DNA of 36,573 nt from the NCBI GenBank assembly GCA_902783485.1, contig CACZRG010000011.1:1-36573 (forward strand), read 5' to 3'. Every line of letters begins with the position of its first letter. The first letter of the stretch is position 1. Shown here piece after piece: positions 1-9,576 of this stretch. The notes under the pieces are model-generated. The model searched no databases, had not been told where the DNA came from, and saw nothing but the letters and a program-made list of their open reading frames with translations. Source of the DNA: an uncultured Elusimicrobium sp. Its GTDB lineage: Bacteria > Elusimicrobiota > Elusimicrobia > Elusimicrobiales > UBA9959. Position numbers and translations under genes: made by a program.

Positions 1-4
1 ACAT
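1..4 (-). CDS. Start of the next gene, running off the window (candidate mcrC)
   Basis: Minus strand reads GCAGGGGGGAAATAA-ATG 30 nt after the mcrB stop; identity inferred from context only. Confidence 0.3.
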
Positions 5-33
5 TTATTTCCCCCCTGCCACCGCAGCGTTTT

Positions 34-2358
34 TTATTTTACGCCTCTTGTTCCTTTTTTAAGGTTCTCAAGGGCGGCTTTGAAATCACATTCGTCCTGC
101 TCGGCAAAACCATAGCAGAAGCCGCCTTCGCCCTGAAGGCTTAATTCCTCTGTTGTATACTCTTTTATGAACGCGGAGTATTTTCCGGCGGCCCTGGCGG
201 AACTTTCGCTCTGGGCCGGGCCGAGAATTTCCTGCAGCAGATTCCAGCGGCCACGGCAGTATTCGCCTATGAGCGGCACTACGGAAGTGAACCACACATC
301 TTCAACAGAGCGGCTGCGGTTCATGAAATAGCCGTGGCCTATAAGATAATCGCCGCCCAGAAGCGCATTTATTCTCTTGTTCACAAGCACATATATATCG
401 CGTATTTCTTCCGGCACAAGGTCTTCGCGCGGGGGCAGGTTTATAAAGCTGAAGCGGCGGCGCAGCGTAAAATCCACAGGGTGGGTCTGCCTGTCCGCCA
501 CGCTCATGGTTCCTATTATGTAAAGGTTCTTCGGAATGCCGAAAAGTTCCTTTGTGTACGGCAGTTTTACCGTAAGCTCATTATCCGCGCCAAGGCGTTT
601 GTCGTCATCTATGAGCGTTGTAAGCTCACCGAAAATCTTCGCTATGTCCCCGCGGTTTATCTCATCTATTATAAGCACATAGTTTTTTACGCGGGCGGCG
701 GGCAGGCCGCCAAGCAGCTGGCCCAGATACTGCGTGTTTATGTTCTCATTGTAATCGGCAAAACCCTCTTTGCGCAGATTGCAGAAGGAATAAATTGGCT
801 GGCGTGGCAGCTTGTTTGTTATGAGCAGCTTTTCAACGGGAATGTTCCCGCCGCGGTACAGCCAGCGCACGGGGCGGAAATGGCAGTAATTAAGCACGGT
901 GCCGTCATTGAATTCATAATCGCCGGTTATCTGGGCTATGGCGCGCACATTCTCATTGCCGTTGGAAATAAGCACTATGTCGCCTTCACGCATGAGCAGC
1001 TTGAAAATCTCTATGGCCTTGCCGGTGAAGCGTTTTTCCTTGAATACGGATCCGTTTTCTATTATTTTCTGTATGTCGCCGTGGCTTACCACGCAGGCAA
1101 GGTCCACGGTCTCGCCATAACCCATGGCTATAACATCGTTCTGAATGCAGTATTCGTAAATATCGCCGTCTTCCGGGTTATTTGTATTGCGCAGAGACAG
1201 CTTGAACACCCTTGTTGTGGAAAAATCTATTTTGCCGCCGCCGGAGGTTTTGAGCTGCTCCGCCTTTGCAACATTCACCAGCATTTTGAATATGCCGTTC
1301 TCTTTGGTATATGTGAGCATATCCCGGTTTTCCGTATTGGGCTTTATTCCTTCAACAAATTCCTCGTAGGAATAATTGCTGTGGAATGTAACCATTTCAA
1401 TGCGGCCTGCGCGGCGCAGCTGGTCAAAGCGTTTTTTGAGCAGGCGGTACCGTTCCGGGGTGAGATTGCCGTATGAGCGGTCGTCAACTATTTCCATTGC
1501 GCGGATTATTGCCGAATATGTTTTGCCGGTTCCTGCGGGGCCGTAAAGTATCTGGTTCAGAGGGAAGCGCGGCCCGGCTTCCTCCATGGCCTGCAGGGCA
1601 GCCCTGGCGGCGGATTCATGACCGGCTGCCGCACTGGCAGCGGAATCACTACCGGAACCTTCCGCAGAAGCACTGCCCGGGCCGGTTATTTTGGCCATGG
1701 TTCCTTCGTTAACACCCTGCAGAAATTCCTCTGGGGTTACGCCGGGGCAGTATTCCCTGACTGCGGCCTGGAACTTAAGGAAATTTGCATAATTATCCTC
1801 GCGCTCAAAGCCTATGAAACGGCAGGTTTTCCTGTCCATGAGGAAATATTTTTCCGGAAAACATACATAAAGTATCTGGCTTGTCTTTATAACGCCGGCA
1901 TAAGTAAGCGAACATACAGCGTCAAATGATTCAGGCACTATTTCGCCACCAGAGGAAAGCTCCTTTGCGAATTTCCATATTTTCTCTATGGCTTCCGGTG
2001 CACCGTTATATGAATACGGTATGAAACGGCTTTTAAACGGGTTAAAAAACGGCAGAAGATCGAAGCGGCGCGGCACTTCGGCGTTTAATTCAAAGCGGCG
2101 GCGCACTGTTTCACAGGCATGACGGCGGTCCTCGTCACTTCCGGCATTCAGACAGGCTATGAAAGTGAAAGGGTCAACAGCGGTGAAAGGAATATCTGAA
2201 CCGGTGGCGTCCTTATCCTTCACTTCATGAAACAGCGCATTGAACAGCACGGCAAGATCAGTGGGAGTCATTTTTCCGCATATATATCTGAGTGCTTCCG
2301 CAAAAAAGGAAACCGGCGCCGTTACTTTACTGTTACAGCTGTTTTCTGTGTCTGCCAT
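34..2358 (-). CDS. mcrB: McrB-family AAA+ GTPase (type IV restriction system subunit)
   Basis: Walker A GPAGTGKT, VTFHSNYSYEEFVEGIKP, Walker B IIDEINRG, IFGELTTLI, NLYIIGTM, LRRRFSF and IGHGYF are McrB hallmarks; GGAG SD upstream of the start. Confidence 0.85.
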   Translation of the reverse strand: MADTENSCNSKVTAPVSFFAEALRYICGKMTPTDLAVLFNALFHEVKDKDATGSDIPFTAVDPFTFIACLNAGSDEDRRHACETVRRRFELNAEVPRRFDLLPFFNPFKSRFIPYSYNGAPEAIEKIWKFAKELSSGGEIVPESFDAVCSLTYAGVIKTSQILYVCFPEKYFLMDRKTCRFIGFEREDNYANFLKFQAAVREYCPGVTPEEFLQGVNEGTMAKITGPGSASAEGSGSDSAASAAAGHESAARAALQAMEEAGPRFPLNQILYGPAGTGKTYSAIIRAMEIVDDRSYGNLTPERYRLLKKRFDQLRRAGRIEMVTFHSNYSYEEFVEGIKPNTENRDMLTYTKENGIFKMLVNVAKAEQLKTSGGGKIDFSTTRVFKLSLRNTNNPEDGDIYEYCIQNDVIAMGYGETVDLACVVSHGDIQKIIENGSVFKEKRFTGKAIEIFKLLMREGDIVLISNGNENVRAIAQITGDYEFNDGTVLNYCHFRPVRWLYRGGNIPVEKLLITNKLPRQPIYSFCNLRKEGFADYNENINTQYLGQLLGGLPAARVKNYVLIIDEINRGDIAKIFGELTTLIDDDKRLGADNELTVKLPYTKELFGIPKNLYIIGTMSVADRQTHPVDFTLRRRFSFINLPPREDLVPEEIRDIYVLVNKRINALLGGDYLIGHGYFMNRSRSVEDVWFTSVVPLIGEYCRGRWNLLQEILGPAQSESSARAAGKYSAFIKEYTTEELSLQGEGGFCYGFAEQDECDFKAALENLKKGTRGVK

Positions 2359-2480
2359 AATATTCTCCCGGCAGCGGACATTAATAAAAATTCACCACAA
2401 AAGGGCAAAAGCGAAAACCCGCCGCCATATATTCAATTTTAGCACTTTACGGTGGTAAAATAATATAATTTATTTAAATT

Positions 2481-3659
2481 ATGTTTGATTTTTTTCTTTC
2501 ATTTCATGTGTGGCTTCAGTATACCCTTGTGATTCTGTTTTTCATATCGGTAATTTTTCTTTGCCGTTATCTTTCAAAGAAACTGCACGAGCTTACCGTG
2601 AAACTTGAAAGATTTGTAACAAGCCCATGGGTAGGGCTGCTGGAAAAATTTCATTTCTTCCGTTCTTTTTATTTCACGCTGATGTGTATGTTCATAGCTG
2701 CCTCCGCACCTGTAATACTGCAGGGGCTTAGGCTTATACATCCGCTGTTGAATTCCCTTATATCAAGAATTCTGTGGGCCTTCGCACTGATAACGCTGTG
2801 CATAACACTTTCAAGCACTGTAAGTGTTATTTCCGCAAGATTCGAAAGAAATATTCATCTGCCGGTAAAGGGGCTTTCACAGGCGCTGAAGATAATTATC
2901 TGGATAATAACTGGCATACTTGCGCTTTCGGCCATTCTGAACAAGGATCCGGCTTATCTCATCGGCGGTCTTACCGCCCTTTCCGCGGTAATTCTGCTTA
3001 TTTTCCAGAGTTCAATTCTTGGTCTTGTTTCGGGCTTTCAGCTTGTTTTAAATGATCTGGTACGTGTAGGCGACTGGATTGTTATGCCGGGGCAGAATGC
3101 TGACGGCGAAATAACGGACATTCTCCTTACCACCGTGCGGGTACGCAACTGGGACAATACCGTAGTGAATATTCCTGCCAACACTTTCATATCCAATTCC
3201 TTCGCGAACTGGCGGGAAATGTCGGAATCAGGCGGCAGAAGGATAAAGCGCGCCCTGAACATAGACATGAAAACAATACGTTTTCTCAATAATGAAGACA
3301 TTGAGAAAATGAAAAAAATACATCTGCTTACGGATTATCTTGACATCAAGCAGCGCGAGCTTGAAGAGGCAAACAGGAACGCTGACGAGTTCAACATAAC
3401 AAGAATAACAAACATAGGGACTTTCCGCCGTTATATTCTGGAATATCTGCGGGCAAACCCAAAGATTTCAAACAGGTTCACCTGCATGGTACGCCAGCTG
3501 GCCCCAACACCAGAAGGACTGCCGCTTGAAATATACTGTTTCTGCTCGGACACGCGCTGGGTTTACTATGAAGAGGTTCAGTCCGATATTTTTGACCATG
3601 TGCTCTCCATTATTTCGGAATTTGACCTGAAGGTTTTCCAGAGGGCAGGAAACGACTGA
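2481..3659 (+). CDS. MscS-family small-conductance mechanosensitive channel (YbdG-like)
   Basis: Multiple N-terminal TM helices; VRVGDWI, DGEITDI..TTVRVRNWDNT, NWREMSESGGRRIKR, GLPLEIYCF, YEEVQSDIFDH. Confidence 0.9.
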   Translation: MFDFFLSFHVWLQYTLVILFFISVIFLCRYLSKKLHELTVKLERFVTSPWVGLLEKFHFFRSFYFTLMCMFIAASAPVILQGLRLIHPLLNSLISRILWAFALITLCITLSSTVSVISARFERNIHLPVKGLSQALKIIIWIITGILALSAILNKDPAYLIGGLTALSAVILLIFQSSILGLVSGFQLVLNDLVRVGDWIVMPGQNADGEITDILLTTVRVRNWDNTVVNIPANTFISNSFANWREMSESGGRRIKRALNIDMKTIRFLNNEDIEKMKKIHLLTDYLDIKQRELEEANRNADEFNITRITNIGTFRRYILEYLRANPKISNRFTCMVRQLAPTPEGLPLEIYCFCSDTRWVYYEEVQSDIFDHVLSIISEFDLKVFQRAGND

Positions 3660-3702
3660 AACAATTATAGAACAGATTTCACAATTGATATAATTTAATA
3701 AA

Positions 3703-3724
3703 GGCCCTTCGGGGCCGTATTTTT
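3703..3724 (+). terminator. Probable intrinsic terminator after mscS
   Basis: GGCCC-TTCG-GGGCC hairpin followed by GTATTTTT. Confidence 0.55.
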
Positions 3725-3740
3725 CAAGAAGGTTCAAGCA

Positions 3741-4814
3741 ATGGAAATAGGAATAGTAGGCCTCCCCAATGTGGGAAAATCAACTTTGTTCAATGCCCTC
3801 ACAAAAGCCGGTGCGGCATCTTCGAATTATCCTTTCACAACAATAGACCCCAATGTGGGTGTAGTGCCGATACCGGACAAAAGGCTCGACGGACTTTTTG
3901 ACCTGTTCAAGCCACCGAAGAAAGTTCCGTCATATATCAAGTTCGTGGATATAGCGGGGCTTGTAAAAGGGGCAAGCAGGGGCGAAGGTCTGGGCAATAA
4001 ATTCCTCGCCAACATACGCGAAGTTGACGCCATTGTACAGGTTGTGCGTGTTTTCGATGACCCGGATGTTGTTCATGTGCTTGGAGAGATAGATCCGGTA
4101 CGGGACATTGAGGTAATTGAAACAGAACTAATACTTGCGGACCTTGAGTCTGTGGATAAAATGCTGGAAAGAAATTCCGGTGCAGCACGCACAGGAAACA
4201 AGGACGCCAGGGAAAAGCAGGAAAAACTGGAAGCGATAAAGAAAATACTTGATGAAGGACGTCCGGCGAGGGATGCCGGATTCACGGAAGAGGAAACACA
4301 CGATTTCAATCTGCTTACCACAAAACCGGTCTTTTACGTGGCAAACACCAATGAGCAGCCCGACATGGAAAAACTGCAGAAAATGCGCGACTTCGCAAAA
4401 AAACGGGATGCCATACTGGTTGAGATTTCCGCTAAAATAGAATCAGAAATTGCCGAACTGCCAGAAGATGAGAAAGCGATGTTCCTGAAAGATCTGGGTG
4501 AGGAATATTCCGGCCTTGACAAAATGGTTCTTGCCGGAAAAAAACTTCTGAACCTCATATCCTTCTTCACCGCAGGTTCTGAAGATGAAGTACGTTCCTG
4601 GAATCTGCAGAAAGGACTTAAAGCCCCGCAGGCGGCAGGCAAAATACACAGTGACTTTGAGCGCGGTTTCATACGTGCTGATGTGTACTCTTACGAAGAT
4701 ATAATGAAGTACAAGGACGAAAAAACACTGCGTGAGAAAGGACTCATACGCTCTGAAGGCAAAGACTATATAGTAAAAGACGGAGACATCTGCTTTTTCA
4801 AATTCAATGTGTAA
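3741..4814 (+). CDS. ychF: Redox-regulated ATPase YchF (Obg family)
   Basis: [49 protein letters not shown]-terminal [15 protein letters not shown]. Confidence 0.97.
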   Translation: MEIGIVGLPNVGKSTLFNALTKAGAASSNYPFTTIDPNVGVVPIPDKRLDGLFDLFKPPKKVPSYIKFVDIAGLVKGASRGEGLGNKFLANIREVDAIVQVVRVFDDPDVVHVLGEIDPVRDIEVIETELILADLESVDKMLERNSGAARTGNKDAREKQEKLEAIKKILDEGRPARDAGFTEEETHDFNLLTTKPVFYVANTNEQPDMEKLQKMRDFAKKRDAILVEISAKIESEIAELPEDEKAMFLKDLGEEYSGLDKMVLAGKKLLNLISFFTAGSEDEVRSWNLQKGLKAPQAAGKIHSDFERGFIRADVYSYEDIMKYKDEKTLREKGLIRSEGKDYIVKDGDICFFKFNV

Positions 4815-4869
4815 AATACAGGAAACACTTTTTTCAGTGTTTCCCTGTCCTGAATATGGCAGAATGGGG

Positions 4870-4900
4870 AAAGCCCGGCAAGACTGGGCTTTTTCTTTTT
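4870..4900 (+). terminator. Intrinsic terminator after ychF
   Basis: AAAGCCCGG-CAAGA-CTGGGCTTT stem plus T tract; a second hairpin lies at 4818-4848. Confidence 0.7.
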
Positions 4901-4919
4901 AAAAAACGGCAGGAAAATT

Positions 4920-7295
4920 ATGATTTACGAAGGTTTTACGGAAAACACGGCTATTTTAGGCAGCTTTAACCTAAACCCCAGGCAGATGGAAGCGGTGCGG
5001 TATTTCGGCGGACCGCTACTGATTCTCGCAGGGGCAGGAACAGGAAAAACAAAAACCCTCACATCAAAAATTGCCCTGCTTATAGCAAGCGGCCTGCCGG
5101 CATCAAATATTCTGGCCATTACATTTACAAACAAGGCCGCACAGGAAATGCAGAACCGCGTGGCCAATCTTGTACCTTATGACGGCAGAATGTGGATACA
5201 TACTTTCCATGCCCTCGGGGCAAGACTGCTGCGGCAGTTCGGCCATCATATCGGCATTTCAAAGGATTTCGTAATCTACGACGATGATGACCAGAAAAAA
5301 CTTCTGCAGATCTGTCTTCAGGAATTAGGCCTTGAAAGCGAAAAAAACAAGATAAATCTTTTCCTGAACATAATTTCCCGTGCGAAAGATGATCTGCTTG
5401 ATGCTGAAAGCTACGCAATACACGCTGCAGCCAAAGAAGAGGGAATGCAGAACCGCGTTGCTGAAATTTACCTTAAATACCAGCAGAAACTTAAAGAGGC
5501 CGGGGCACTGGATTTCGGCGATCTCATAGTACGCACTGCGGAGCTTATAAAAAACTGCCCCGAAGTGCGGCAGATGCTGCAGAACAAATTCAAATACATT
5601 CTTGTCGATGAATACCAGGACACAAACCATGCCCAGTATGTGCTTGTAAAAATGCTCTGTGAGAAGCACCGCAATTTATGCGTTGTCGGCGACCCGGACC
5701 AGAGCGTATACGGCTGGCGCGGAGCCGACATACGCAACATAATGGAATTCGAGAAGGATTTTAAGGACGCGAAAACCGTAATACTGGAACAGAATTACCG
5801 TTCCACCTCGCTGATTCTTAAAGCGGCAAATGCGGTAATAAAGCACAACAAAAACCGCAAGCCAAAGGATTTATGGACCAGTGCAGAGGATGGTGCGCCA
5901 CCAAAAGCCCTGGAATATCCGGATGAAAAGGAAGAGGCAAGAGGCGTTGCCGGCCTGATAAAACGATATACCGGCGGACTTGGCTTCAGCTACAATGACA
6001 TTGCAGTATTCTACCGTACCAACGCACAGAGCCGTAATTTTGAAGAAGCCTTCCGGAACGCACGCATACCGTATAAAATAATCGGCTCCGTCCGGTTCTA
6101 CGACCGGAAAGAGGTAAAGGATGCCCTCGCTTACCTTAAACTTATGGTAATGCCTTCCGACACTGTAAGCCTTTTGAGGGTGATGAACCTGCCGCCACGG
6201 GGCATAGGCAAGACTGCAGTGGAAAAACTACAGGAATACGCGAAATCAGAAGGACTTGGCCTTTATGACGCTTTGCTGCAGGCAGACAAAATAACCGGCC
6301 TGACCCCCAGTGCCAAAAGAGGCATGACGGTATTTACCTCCATTTTTGAAGAAATAAAAACAGATCTTTTTGTATCCTCACCGTCTGATATGTTTGAGCA
6401 GATTATGATGAAAAGCGGATACTGGAAAATGACAGAGGATCTGGCAGAAAAGGACCCTGCGGAGGCACAGAACCGGCTTGGCAACCTGCAGGAACTTGTT
6501 AATGCAATCAAGGATTTCGAGGAAAACTGCCGTCAGAAAGGCGAACAGCCGACACTGCCAAAATATCTGGAAGAGGTTATGCTTGCCAGCAGCATAGACC
6601 AGCTTGATCCGGATGCGGAAGCGGCTACGCTTATGACAGTACATCTGGCGAAAGGACTGGAATTTCCTATTGTCTTTCTGACGGGAATGGAGGAAAACCT
6701 TTTCCCGATAAATTCGCAGAATTCCAGTGACGCAGACATGGAAGAGGAACGCCGCCTTGCCTATGTGGGCATGACGCGGGCACGCAGAATGCTTTACCTT
6801 ACATGGGCAGACGAAAGAATGGTTTTCGGGCAGACTTACAGCAATTTTGAGTCCCGCTTTCTCGGTGAAAGCGGGATTGAATCCGTGCCACAGGGGCACG
6901 GATACGGCGGCGGTTATGCGGCGGGCGGCCACGAAGGCCGCGGTTACGCCGGAGGCAGTTACGGATACAGGGGCGGCAGCCATGGGTACGGAAGCCGTAC
7001 AGGCAGTTCCGCCGCCGGGCGCGCTTACGGGAGCGCGCCATCCGCCGGACGGTCCGGCGGTTTTAACGGCGCAGCCAGTGGCGGAACACGGCCCGCCCCG
7101 CTGCACAATGCAGCGAAGCCGCAGGCAGGCAGCCGCGCCAAGGGGCGCCGGGTCAATCACCCGGCACTGGGCACCGGTACAGTGGTTTCAACGCTGGGCA
7201 GCGGTGAATTTGCCAAGATAACAATAAAATTCGACAGCGGTGTTCAGCAGACATTCATGCTTAAATATGCGCCACTGAAAATGATAGAGGAATGA
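4920..7295 (+). CDS. pcrA: UvrD/PcrA family SF1 DNA helicase
   Basis: LAGAGTGKT, AITFTNKAAQEM, VDEYQDTN, VVGDPDQSVYGWRGA, LEQNYRS, TVHLAKGLEF, EEERRLAYVGMTRA; C-terminal Tudor-like RVNHPALGTGTV. Confidence 0.95.
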   Translation: MIYEGFTENTAILGSFNLNPRQMEAVRYFGGPLLILAGAGTGKTKTLTSKIALLIASGLPASNILAITFTNKAAQEMQNRVANLVPYDGRMWIHTFHALGARLLRQFGHHIGISKDFVIYDDDDQKKLLQICLQELGLESEKNKINLFLNIISRAKDDLLDAESYAIHAAAKEEGMQNRVAEIYLKYQQKLKEAGALDFGDLIVRTAELIKNCPEVRQMLQNKFKYILVDEYQDTNHAQYVLVKMLCEKHRNLCVVGDPDQSVYGWRGADIRNIMEFEKDFKDAKTVILEQNYRSTSLILKAANAVIKHNKNRKPKDLWTSAEDGAPPKALEYPDEKEEARGVAGLIKRYTGGLGFSYNDIAVFYRTNAQSRNFEEAFRNARIPYKIIGSVRFYDRKEVKDALAYLKLMVMPSDTVSLLRVMNLPPRGIGKTAVEKLQEYAKSEGLGLYDALLQADKITGLTPSAKRGMTVFTSIFEEIKTDLFVSSPSDMFEQIMMKSGYWKMTEDLAEKDPAEAQNRLGNLQELVNAIKDFEENCRQKGEQPTLPKYLEEVMLASSIDQLDPDAEAATLMTVHLAKGLEFPIVFLTGMEENLFPINSQNSSDADMEEERRLAYVGMTRARRMLYLTWADERMVFGQTYSNFESRFLGESGIESVPQGHGYGGGYAAGGHEGRGYAGGSYGYRGGSHGYGSRTGSSAAGRAYGSAPSAGRSGGFNGAASGGTRPAPLHNAAKPQAGSRAKGRRVNHPALGTGTVVSTLGSGEFAKITIKFDSGVQQTFMLKYAPLKMIEE

Positions 7296-7299
7296 AAAT

Positions 7300-7331
7300 A
7301 AAAAATCCCGTTCTGATACGGGATTTTTTTA
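7300..7331. terminator. Bidirectional intrinsic terminator between convergent genes
   Basis: AAAAAATCCCGT-TCTGAT-ACGGGATTTTTT with A/T tracts on both sides. Confidence 0.85.
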
Positions 7332-7332
7332 T

Positions 7333-9015
7333 TCAGGGGACCTGCTCTCCGGTTATATTATTATCCACGGAAGAAGCTGGGGCAATCCTGAACATTTTTT
7401 CCGCATGATAATTCATCCAGGGAAATAACGGCCTGAAAAAGGCATGTCCTTTGTTATTTATTTTCCTTACGGATATTTCCACCTCAAAAGGACGGAACAG
7501 CATTCCCCACATATAATACTGCGCTTTCCGGTTGTACATGGAGTAACCCTCCGCCTCGTACAAAAGTGCGCGCAGATTGTCAACGCGGCCTTTCTCAAGA
7601 GCCTCCATAATATCGCCGGAGGCGGCTTTTTTCAGCACGGCTGAAAGCCGGGACACGGCACCTTTGGCCTCATTCCTTACACGGATATATGGGCTTTCAG
7701 GAGCCATTATGCTTAAAAGACTGAAAATCATTTTGTCATACAGACAGGAAAAACCGAGACCGGACGCCTGTTTTCCAAGCTCAAAAACAGTATTATATAC
7801 GGAATATGCCATATAAAGCGCGGAGAAGGCAGCCTGGGCCTCCGAAAGGATACGTGTTATCTCCACTGAATCGTTCAATCCTCCGGCCTCAGCCAGTTTT
7901 TCATCTATTTCCTCAATCAGCTTTCTCATGGCACGGCGGAGCTCGTCATATCCTGCTGCAGTATCATCAAGAGAGCGGGACAGCTCTTCCGTATAAAGAC
8001 TCATAAGTTTTAGCGAAAGCCCTGCAAGAGCCTTGCGCAGATCAGTGCGCAGCTGTTCAAGGTTATCTGCCTCTTTACCGGTTATTACCTTGCGGCTTTT
8101 CAGGGGAGAGGAATAACCCGCGAAATTACCGTATGCCTTCCAGGCATAAGCATAATACTGTTCAGCGCCTTCAGGTCCCTTTCCATTCCCGCGCATGGCG
8201 GAAAGAAGCTGCTCCGCACGGCTGGTCTCATTATCAAGTGCAGCACGGTTTATTTTTATATTGTCATACTGTCCCGAATATTCAGCAGGCCTATAACTGC
8301 CGGAAAGGCCCCGTTTCCGCCTCTTTCCTCCGGCTGAGGCCTCAATGCCCGCGACAGCATCAAAATCCGTTTTAAGCGCACCCTGATAGGGAGAAGTTCC
8401 TTCAAACAGCCTGCGGCTGGCATCGGCAAGATTTTCCGCTGAAAGAGACCTGTCGGACGCGGCAGCTGTAAGAGCCTTTATTCTTTTGAGGAAAGTATCT
8501 GAAAGGGAATATTTATAAACAGTCCTTATTATGCTGCCGTCCCCGTTTACTACATAATCCTTTCCCCAGTAACCTTCACCAAATCCGGGACCCTGTACGC
8601 CCTGTACCGGAGAAGAACCGGATTCCCCGGATCTGCCGGAAAGCATAATGGCGTATGTGGCCGCTTTTTCCGGGTTTCCTGTTATCCAGCGTATGACAAC
8701 CTCGCGCGCTTCGGAATATGTAGGCGCGCCCGAAAGGTTAACCACGGTGCCGGCAACGCCGCTTTCAAGCATTTTATCCGCAATTTTTCCGCGGTATGAA
8801 AGGTCCGTGCGTATTTTACTGATTATTTTGTCTTTTTCCCCGGCATCAATGCCCGTTTCCTTTATTTCCGAAACAGGCACACCGTAAGCCGGCTTTCCCA
8901 CGAATGGTTCTTCCATAGGCTGGGCATAAGCGGAAAATGCACAGCATAAGGAAAAAACCGCCTGCAGCAATACCAGAGACAGGGCAGCAAGCGGTTTTCC
9001 ACAGGGTTTTTTCAT
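7333..9015 (-). CDS. Hypothetical exported, largely helical protein
   Basis: 560-aa ORF with an N-terminal signal-like sequence ending SAYA-Q; 6 nt downstream of pilO; no recognised motif. Confidence 0.7.
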   Translation of the reverse strand: MKKPCGKPLAALSLVLLQAVFSLCCAFSAYAQPMEEPFVGKPAYGVPVSEIKETGIDAGEKDKIISKIRTDLSYRGKIADKMLESGVAGTVVNLSGAPTYSEAREVVIRWITGNPEKAATYAIMLSGRSGESGSSPVQGVQGPGFGEGYWGKDYVVNGDGSIIRTVYKYSLSDTFLKRIKALTAAASDRSLSAENLADASRRLFEGTSPYQGALKTDFDAVAGIEASAGGKRRKRGLSGSYRPAEYSGQYDNIKINRAALDNETSRAEQLLSAMRGNGKGPEGAEQYYAYAWKAYGNFAGYSSPLKSRKVITGKEADNLEQLRTDLRKALAGLSLKLMSLYTEELSRSLDDTAAGYDELRRAMRKLIEEIDEKLAEAGGLNDSVEITRILSEAQAAFSALYMAYSVYNTVFELGKQASGLGFSCLYDKMIFSLLSIMAPESPYIRVRNEAKGAVSRLSAVLKKAASGDIMEALEKGRVDNLRALLYEAEGYSMYNRKAQYYMWGMLFRPFEVEISVRKINNKGHAFFRPLFPWMNYHAEKMFRIAPASSVDNNITGEQVP

Positions 9016-9021
9016 ATTACA

Positions 9022-9576
9022 TTATTTATTATAACGGTAGTATATGAAAGAAACAGAAAGCTTCATAACCGTGCCTTCCTTCTTTTCCCCGGTCACAGCC
9101 ATATCTGCACTTTTAATAAGACAGCCTTCTTCGGCAAGTGCATTAAGGAACTGTCTTATATCTTCCACTTTTCCCACAGCTGTAAGCGTACACCCGGCTT
9201 TTACAAAATGTCCCTGTTGTTCCGAACCGGAAACCTTCACAGAATCACGCAGGTTTACATTGTACTTCTGTGCGAGATTTCTCAGTGTCCTGGTAAGCGG
9301 AGGAATATTTTTCTCGCGGATAAAATAACTGTCCAGGCTCTTCTTCTGTTTTTTCAGAAGGCTGACTTTTTCTTTCAGTTCTGCGTAAACATTATCTTCC
9401 GAATCCGCCGCCTCTGAAGAAGCGGATGTTTCCACTACGGTTATATCCGGATTCGTGGCACTTTCCAGCGCTGGTCTGAAAAGATAAATATAATAAAGCG
9501 AAAATAACGATACCAGGCCAGCCAGGCTCAGGCAGAATCTTATTTTCTGTCCTTTTGAAAGCAGTGGTCTTATCAT
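9022..9576 (-). CDS. pilO: PilO-like type IV pilus alignment protein
   Basis: Single N-terminal TM, coiled coil, ferredoxin-like C-terminus (IPPLTRTLRNLAQKYNV..GKVEDIRQFLNAL); overlaps the pilM-like stop codon. Confidence 0.7.
   Translation of the reverse strand: MIRPLLSKGQKIRFCLSLAGLVSLFSLYYIYLFRPALESATNPDITVVETSASSEAADSEDNVYAELKEKVSLLKKQKKSLDSYFIREKNIPPLTRTLRNLAQKYNVNLRDSVKVSGSEQQGHFVKAGCTLTAVGKVEDIRQFLNALAEEGCLIKSADMAVTGEKKEGTVMKLSVSFIYYRYNK

Noticed and set aside
334-1476. 380-aa plus-strand ORF and other long antisense ORFs (6378-7160, 21454-22239, 27351-27980)
   Set aside because: Shadows on the opposite strand of well-supported genes, with no motifs
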